Sequence record: NC_041917.1
DNA length: 64,000 bases
Strand: one strand, 5' to 3'
Every line of letters begins with the position of its first letter. Position 1 is the stretch's first letter. The translations under genes were made by a program, and so were the position numbers. Shown in pieces: positions 58,231 to 64,000 of the stretch. A model generated the notes under the pieces. That model was not told where the DNA came from. It saw nothing but the letters and a program-made list of their open reading frames with translations, and did no database searches.

Positions 58231-59355
58231 ATGTCAAAATTGGATAAGTTTCTGAACGAATCATCTCTTTCTGACGAAGCTAAAAAGCTAATTCAGGAAG
58301 CATGGAATGAAGAAAAAGCTAATGTAGCTGCTGAAATGCGTGAAGAAATGAAAGGTCGTTACCAAGAAGACTTAGCACGTTTAACTGAAGGATTGGATAA
58401 AATGATGGCTGAAGTAATCAGCGAACAAATGTCCGATGTTTATGCTGAGAAGCGTAAGTTAGTTGAAGACCGTGTTAAACTACGTAAAACATTAGGTAAC
58501 TTTTCAGATTTCGCTAACACAGTTCTAGCTGAAGAAGTTAAATCAATGCGTCAAGAACGCAAACACATCAACGAAAGTCTTAACAAATTCATGGGATTCA
58601 GTAATCATATCCTAGCTGAAGAACTTAAAGATTTCCACGATGAAAAACGTCAATTAGTAGAATCTCGCGTTAAACTAATTGCAGAAGGAAGTAAGCAAAT
58701 TGCGGAAGCACGTGCAAACTTCATCAAGCGTACTGCTGAAAGTGCAGCAACTTATATTGCTGAAACTACAGAAAAGAACTTGACTGCACTTAAAGGCGAA
58801 CTAGTTGAAGCTAAACAAAATATGTTTGGTCGTAAAATCTTCGAAGCTTTTGCGAATGAATTCTATAGTAAACAATATAACGAAAGTTCTATTCTACGTG
58901 AACTAAATGAATCAATCAAGTCAAAAGAAGACGAAGCTATGGCATCTAAAGTTGCTTTGCAAGAAGCACAAAATAAAGCAATTGCTGCTGAACGAAAAAT
59001 TCGCATCATGGAAGATAAACATGCACGTACTGCAATTATCGCTGAATTAACGAAGCCTCTTACTTCTCAACAAAAACAAATTATGGAATCTTTACTTACT
59101 GCAACTCCAACCGAGAAGCTAAAAGAAGATTTCAGCAAGTACCATAAGTCTGTACTAAAAGGTACTGTAAATGAATCTGCTGCTAATCATAGCCGTCCAG
59201 CAGTTAATACTAAGGCTAAAAATACTTTGACGGAAGGTAAAGTTGTTACCGGAAACCGTGAAAGTAATTTCATTAAAAACGAAGAACTTGATGCCGATGA
59301 TTTGAATTTCTTAAATGAGATTTCACAATTGTCAGGAATTAATAAAAAACGTTAA
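58231..59355 (+). CDS. gp22: Major scaffold protein, T4 gp22-like
   Basis: Coiled-coil, E-rich; LSDEAKKLIQEAW and FGRKIFEAF motifs; lies between protease and capsid. Confidence 0.85.
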   Translation: MSKLDKFLNESSLSDEAKKLIQEAWNEEKANVAAEMREEMKGRYQEDLARLTEGLDKMMAEVISEQMSDVYAEKRKLVEDRVKLRKTLGNFSDFANTVLAEEVKSMRQERKHINESLNKFMGFSNHILAEELKDFHDEKRQLVESRVKLIAEGSKQIAEARANFIKRTAESAATYIAETTEKNLTALKGELVEAKQNMFGRKIFEAFANEFYSKQYNESSILRELNESIKSKEDEAMASKVALQEAQNKAIAAERKIRIMEDKHARTAIIAELTKPLTSQQKQIMESLLTATPTEKLKEDFSKYHKSVLKGTVNESAANHSRPAVNTKAKNTLTEGKVVTGNRESNFIKNEELDADDLNFLNEISQLSGINKKR

Positions 59356-59432
59356 TTATTAAATGCTAATTTTTCTGTAAGATAAATAAAAGCATACAGA
59401 AAAGCAAAAAATATCTTTTTAAGGAGATTATA

Positions 59433-60608
59433 ATGTCACAACTATTAACTGAATCTAAATGGGCTGCTGTAAAGGATAAGCTTGTTGAAGGTCTAAATGG
59501 TAATCGTAAAACTGTAATGGAAGCAGTTCTAGATAACCAACGTAAAGTAATGCTACGTGAAAGTGCAACCGCTGGTGCTACTTCTGCTGGTAACATTGCA
59601 ACACTAAACAAAGTAATTCTTCCAATTATTCGTCGTGTTATGCCAACCGTTATTGCTAACGAAATCATCGGTGTTCAACCTATGACTGGTCCAGTTGGAC
59701 AAATCCATACACTACGTGTACAATATGCTGATAACGCTCCAGGTGTTGTTGCAGGTGAAGAAGCTCTATCTCCATACAAGATTGCAAAATCTTATACTGG
59801 TGAAGTGAACTCTGATAACACTGCTCCACGTGCTGCTCCTACTTCTCAACTAGAAGGTGTAATGGGTCGTCGTGTTAACATCCGTATTCTACGTGAAACC
59901 GTAGAAGCTCAATCTCGTCGTCTATCTGCTCGTTGGACTGTTGAATCTGCTCAAGATGCTCAAGCTCAACATGGTATTGACGTAGAAGCTGAACTAATGG
60001 CTGCTATCGCACAAGAAATTACAACTGAAATTGACCAAGAACTTCTAGCTCGTCTACGTGCTCTACCAGGTGCTGCTGCTGTTGTTTATGACCAATCTAA
60101 AGTTACTGGTGTTGCTACCTTCGTTGGTGATGAACATGCTGCTCTAGCTACTCTAATCAACCGTCAAGCAAACGAAGTTGCTCGTCGTACCAAACGTGGT
60201 GCAGCGAATTGGGCTGTTGTTTCTCCAACTGCTCTAACTATTCTACAGTCTGCAACTACTTCTAGTTTTGCACGTACTACTGAAGGTACTTTCGAAGCTC
60301 CAACTAACGTTAAATTCGTTGGTGTGTTGAACTCAACTATGCGTGTATACGTAGATACCTATGCTGATGACAGTACTGATGTACTAATCGGTTATAAAGG
60401 TAACCAAGAGACTGATGCTGGTGCATTCTATTGCCCATACATCCCATTGATGGCTTCTGGTACTGTAATGGACCCTAACACTGGTGAACTAGTTACTAGT
60501 TTCCTAACTCGTTACGGTTACGTACAATTGACAGACAGTACTTCATCTCTAGGTAACGCTGCTGACTACTACAGCAAAATTGCTATCCGCAACGTAACCT
60601 TCATGTAA
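59433..60608 (+). CDS. gp23: Major capsid protein, T4 gp23-like
   Basis: IRRVMP.VIANEIIGVQPMTGPVGQI, AEL...EI..EID.E and FYCPYIPL motifs; late motif at 59382-59388. Confidence 0.97.
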   Translation: MSQLLTESKWAAVKDKLVEGLNGNRKTVMEAVLDNQRKVMLRESATAGATSAGNIATLNKVILPIIRRVMPTVIANEIIGVQPMTGPVGQIHTLRVQYADNAPGVVAGEEALSPYKIAKSYTGEVNSDNTAPRAAPTSQLEGVMGRRVNIRILRETVEAQSRRLSARWTVESAQDAQAQHGIDVEAELMAAIAQEITTEIDQELLARLRALPGAAAVVYDQSKVTGVATFVGDEHAALATLINRQANEVARRTKRGAANWAVVSPTALTILQSATTSSFARTTEGTFEAPTNVKFVGVLNSTMRVYVDTYADDSTDVLIGYKGNQETDAGAFYCPYIPLMASGTVMDPNTGELVTSFLTRYGYVQLTDSTSSLGNAADYYSKIAIRNVTFM

Positions 60609-60652
60609 TTGAAGACCTATTTTAGATTAATTAATCTGAAAGTTAATAAAAG

Positions 60653-60676
60653 AAAAGGACGCTTAGGCGTCCTTTT
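60653..60676 (+). terminator. Intrinsic terminator after the capsid gene
   Basis: aaaaggacgc-ttag-gcgtcctttt. Confidence 0.9.
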
Positions 60677-60715
60677 CGCATTTCTGGATCATAGAAAGTA
60701 AATATCAAAGTAGGA

Positions 60716-60744
60716 TGAAACATCTACTACAATTATGGTATAAT
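60716..60744 (+). promoter_or_regulatory. Early/middle-type promoter TGAAAC-N14-TGGTATAAT
   Basis: Conserved motif and spacing. Confidence 0.8.
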
Positions 60745-60759
60745 CATGGAGATTAAAAT

Positions 60760-61188
60760 ATGATAATTAAGCCAGATACAACAGTTGTTGTCTATATAAA
60801 TGCACAACAAAAATATTTGCAAAGCGTTTATAGTAGATTTGAAGGATTGGTTCAAGAATACAAAACTGTAGCTTATATTGAGGATTATGGTGTTCTATGC
60901 TATGGCCTTGATACCTATTTTTACGATATGAATAAGTATGTAAAGGATATTATGAGTGCAGATTTCGTGGAAATGACATACTATGAGTACTTAAATGGAC
61001 ACAAAGACAAATTATTACGTGAAAATCCAGATGCTCCAATGCTAAACACAATGGAACCGATGATGCAAGGTGTTCAAATGAATGAATATGTACAACCACC
61101 TATTTTACGAGAAATTATACACAATCCAAATCCAGTACTCACTAATTTAAGCAATCATGGTGTAAAAGTGCAGATTTTAAAAGGATAA
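60760..61188 (+). CDS. Hypothetical protein
   Basis: 142 aa with GGAG SD behind an early-type promoter. Confidence 0.7.
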   Translation: MIIKPDTTVVVYINAQQKYLQSVYSRFEGLVQEYKTVAYIEDYGVLCYGLDTYFYDMNKYVKDIMSADFVEMTYYEYLNGHKDKLLRENPDAPMLNTMEPMMQGVQMNEYVQPPILREIIHNPNPVLTNLSNHGVKVQILKG

Positions 61189-61215
61189 ATACCCCACTTA
61201 AAAAAGGGGTGATTT

Positions 61216-61527
61216 ATGTCTAAACAAATTTGCTATGTAATTATCAATCCAGCGTGGCCTGAGTGGGTAAAAATTGGATTTACATCAAAAGAAGAAATGA
61301 AAACACGTTTAAGTACGTATCAAACTGGTTCACCGTTCAGAGATTATGAAGTATATCATGAAGTATATTTTGATGATGCAAAAGCCGCCGAAAAAGAAGT
61401 TAATAAGCGTTTGAAACAAATGAATGCTACACAAGGTACTGGTAAAGAATGGTACAAAATGCCTAAATCAATTGCATCTAATATGATAGATTCAGTACTT
61501 GATGATTTAGAAGAAGGCTTGCTATAA
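61216..61527 (+). CDS. T5orf172/MUG113-family (GIY-YIG superfamily) small nuclease-like protein
   Basis: CYVI...VKIGFT...RL..YQTGSP...E...EWY pattern. Confidence 0.8.
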   Translation: MSKQICYVIINPAWPEWVKIGFTSKEEMKTRLSTYQTGSPFRDYEVYHEVYFDDAKAAEKEVNKRLKQMNATQGTGKEWYKMPKSIASNMIDSVLDDLEEGLL

Positions 61528-61571
61528 TCAATAAATATCTTTATAATATATAAACGCGAGGACTGATTTAT

Positions 61572-63251
61572 ATGAGTATAAGATTTAATCATGCCAGTAA
61601 TACAGTTACTGGTACAGATGTAATCAAATTAGTGGTTGAAGGTGGGACACCAACTGCACCAAGACCATTTAGAATTGATTCATCTTCAGTTATTATGCCT
61701 AACAAACAATTACCTTCTGGTGAAGCAGGGGCATTAGTTTTTGATATTGTATCAAAAACATTAAAATATCATAATGGTATTTCATGGGTAGAGTTATTAT
61801 CACAAGATGATATTCTAGCACCTATACAAATATCATTAACGGACATTTATAACCAATTAGCGAACCGTGTAAGTACTGTAACATATAGTACCAGTTCAGT
61901 ACCTTCTGCGTCCGTAAGTGGAACAAACTTAAATATCATATTTCCATCATCAGGTGGAGGTGGTGGCACAGACATTCCTGGATTATTCACTTCTTCTCCA
62001 CCAGGTTCTATCATGCAATATTCTTTGTCATCTGGTCAATCTGTTGCATCTATCAGAGAACAAATGAGTGGTGTTAGTGGTGGACAAAATGGTAGAAATG
62101 GTACAGCTTCAGCTCCATATGTAACAAAAACTGGATGGTGTTTTGCAGATGGTTCTTATTGGACATGGAATGGAGAAAGTGGTTCAGTAACCAAAGTTGT
62201 TCCAAATTTAAACCAAAATGCATATTTAAAAGGTATAACCACAACTGGTCTTACTAAGACAGATGCGGTAATTTCAGGTTCAGGTTCAATAGGAAATACG
62301 TCAATATCTTTCCCACAACACTATCATGGTACTGGTATGATGGTTGGATTATCTGGTGATTGGGGTGATGATGGATATTTCATTAGTAATAAAACATGGA
62401 ATGATGGAATACAATATCAGGGAGTACAGATAACAGGTGATTTACAACGTAGAACAACTGGTCCAGTTAACGGTTCAGATGCTCGAACAGCATTAAGCAC
62501 TTCTTTAGCAATATTCACTGGTTCAGATACTACTTCTCATACTCACAGCTTAAATAGTGTTGACGTAGCTCACTTTAATGTTGCTGTGGTATATAATATT
62601 GCAGAACCAAGCTCAGCACTTAATCAAAATGCTGGTGATCGCCGTTATGTATTAAAATCTGGTGATACTATGACTGGTTCATTGACTATCGCTAATAGTG
62701 CTGCAATTCAAGCAAATGATACAAATCTAGTACTATGGTTTAGAAATGCATCTGGTGGTGAACGTGCTGCAATATATCATGCATCTAATACTAATACTCT
62801 TAGATTGCGTACTGCTGGTGGTTCTGAAATGTCATTAAATAATGTAGGACTATTAAATGTTTCCTCAATTACTACTGGTTCAATTACAGGTTCATCATTG
62901 AACATATCTGGTACAGCAACAACTGGCCCATTAAATGTTAATGGACAAATAACAGCCACTGGTGATATTTGGGCATTCTCTGATGAAAGATTGAAAGAAA
63001 ATATTAAACCTATTGAAAATGCCGTAGATATAATTAAAAGTATTCGTGGTGTAACTGGTAATTTTATTGGAGATGAACGTACACGTTCAATGGTTATTGC
63101 TCAAGAAGTCCAGAAGAACTTCCCTTGTGCTGTAACTGAAGATGTATCAGGATTCTTAAAAGTTAATTATGATGCCCTTATTCCATTGTTGTTAAATGCA
63201 GTCTCTACTATGAGTGAAGAAATTGCAAGTTTAAGGAGCATAATTAAATGA
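61572..63251 (+). CDS. Tail fibre with a tail-collar-like domain and a C-terminal S74 intramolecular chaperone
   Basis: PPGSIMQY...GWCFADG...VPNL collar motif; RYVLKSGDTMTG; SDERLKENI...IAQEV...VNYDALIPLL; late motif at 61531-61537. Confidence 0.85.
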   Translation: MSIRFNHASNTVTGTDVIKLVVEGGTPTAPRPFRIDSSSVIMPNKQLPSGEAGALVFDIVSKTLKYHNGISWVELLSQDDILAPIQISLTDIYNQLANRVSTVTYSTSSVPSASVSGTNLNIIFPSSGGGGGTDIPGLFTSSPPGSIMQYSLSSGQSVASIREQMSGVSGGQNGRNGTASAPYVTKTGWCFADGSYWTWNGESGSVTKVVPNLNQNAYLKGITTTGLTKTDAVISGSGSIGNTSISFPQHYHGTGMMVGLSGDWGDDGYFISNKTWNDGIQYQGVQITGDLQRRTTGPVNGSDARTALSTSLAIFTGSDTTSHTHSLNSVDVAHFNVAVVYNIAEPSSALNQNAGDRRYVLKSGDTMTGSLTIANSAAIQANDTNLVLWFRNASGGERAAIYHASNTNTLRLRTAGGSEMSLNNVGLLNVSSITTGSITGSSLNISGTATTGPLNVNGQITATGDIWAFSDERLKENIKPIENAVDIIKSIRGVTGNFIGDERTRSMVIAQEVQKNFPCAVTEDVSGFLKVNYDALIPLLLNAVSTMSEEIASLRSIIK

Positions 63252-63814
63252 TACCATGTACTGGAACGATAAAAGCATCAGATATTAATACTGAATTGGG
63301 AAGAACACCAACATCTATATTTCAAATTGGAAATACACCAGAAAGAACTCTTGCAGGTAAGCCATCTGGTTTGATAAAATTTAGTGATTTCTATTGTAAA
63401 TCATCTGCTGATCCGTTGCCTTGGTTCTTATATGAGGTACAGCAAACTGGTGGTCGTGGTGTAAACACAGACCCAGCAGTATTCCGTGTTATTGATGGTA
63501 GCTATTCTGTATTTTGGGGTGGTAGTAACGGTTGGTTGAAGTTTAACAATCACTTCACTGGTACTATTCGTCAAATTGAAGTTACTTGGAAATATTCTGG
63601 CAGAAATGGTGGTTGGCATGGTATAACTGTTTATGAACGTACCAATTCTGCAAGTACTTACAGATTAGGTAGCAATACGGGAATCCAAAAATTTGTTTTA
63701 GATGTTAACATACCAGCCGATCAAGAGATATGGTTGAATTGGTCTGGTGGTGGTGATCAGGGTGATGGTAACAACGTAGATTATGTAGCTATCACTAATG
63801 TAGTTTATTACTAA
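63248..63814 (+). CDS. Fibre-associated virion protein / putative tip adhesin
   Basis: GTIKASDINTELG...RTLAG.PSG.IKFSDFY N-terminus, commonly found after S74 fibres; ATGA overlap. Confidence 0.6.
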   Translation: MIPCTGTIKASDINTELGRTPTSIFQIGNTPERTLAGKPSGLIKFSDFYCKSSADPLPWFLYEVQQTGGRGVNTDPAVFRVIDGSYSVFWGGSNGWLKFNNHFTGTIRQIEVTWKYSGRNGGWHGITVYERTNSASTYRLGSNTGIQKFVLDVNIPADQEIWLNWSGGGDQGDGNNVDYVAITNVVYY

Positions 63815-63821
63815 AAATTTT

Positions 63822-63850
63822 TGGAACGACAAAAAAACATATGGTATAAT
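63822..63850 (+). promoter_or_regulatory. Early/middle-type promoter TGGAAC-N14-TGGTATAAT
   Basis: Conserved motif and spacing. Confidence 0.85.
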
Positions 63851-63853
63851 ATG

Positions 63854-63886
63854 AGCATCCTAACAAGGCGTTAGGGTGCTTTTTTT
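63854..63886 (+). terminator. Terminator hairpin overlapping the predicted transcription start
   Basis: agcatcctaac-aaggc-gttagggtgct followed by T6. Confidence 0.75.
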
Positions 63887-63902
63887 ATACATGGAGATAA
63901 TT

Positions 63903-64000
63903 ATGACCAAGAAGACTGAATCTAAGATCGAAGCACATGACCTAAATGATGCTCAACGTAAAAAGCTAAAAGATGGCTTGAATTCCGCTGTAGTTCAACT
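63903..64000 (+). CDS. 5' part of a gene truncated by the window end
   Basis: GGAG SD at 63893-63896; MTKKTESKIEAHDLNDAQRKKLKDG... is open to the edge. Confidence 0.7.
   Translation, partial: MTKKTESKIEAHDLNDAQRKKLKDGLNSAVVQ

Noticed and set aside
59366-59668. 100 aa minus-strand ORF over the capsid 5' end, and the other short overlapping ORFs in the track
   Set aside because: Antisense or alternative-frame to strongly supported genes and lacking SD sequences
1-64000. CRISPR arrays, IS elements, inteins, rRNA or tRNA genes
   Set aside because: No regularly spaced repeats, terminal inverted repeats with a transposase, intein splice motifs or cloverleaf structures were seen by eye

Overview
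This is 64 kb of an AT-rich (~33% GC by eye) T4-related jumbo myophage genome. Gene content and order resemble the RaK2/GAP32/PBECO4-type group; no host or species can be assigned from sequence alone. From left to right the window holds: a VWA/metallopeptidase gene after a truncated upstream gene, a small early operon ending in thymidylate synthase, a block of fibre/appendage genes, neck and tail-terminator genes with a Nudix hydrolase, a ClpA-like unfoldase, the baseplate module (gp7/gp6/gp25/gp5/hub/gp53-like) with a duplicated lysozyme, the late sigma gp55 and gp47/gp46, an endonuclease VII homologue, an ~800 bp ORF-free structured region, tail chaperone and tape-measure-like genes, the head module (portal, core, protease, scaffold, capsid) and an S74-chaperoned fibre. 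The most notable observations are: (1) a candidate ~500 nt structured ncRNA with its own promoter and terminator at 50478-50990; (2) a canonical T_TTT_TTC -1 slippery site joining two tail-chaperone ORFs; (3) about 3-4x enrichment of GTAC in the stretches counted; (4) a six-copy promoter motif TG(G/A)AAC-N14-TG(G/C)TATAAT; (5) four fibre genes sharing an N-terminal module, including a 53 bp perfect repeat. All family assignments come from motif recognition, not database searches.
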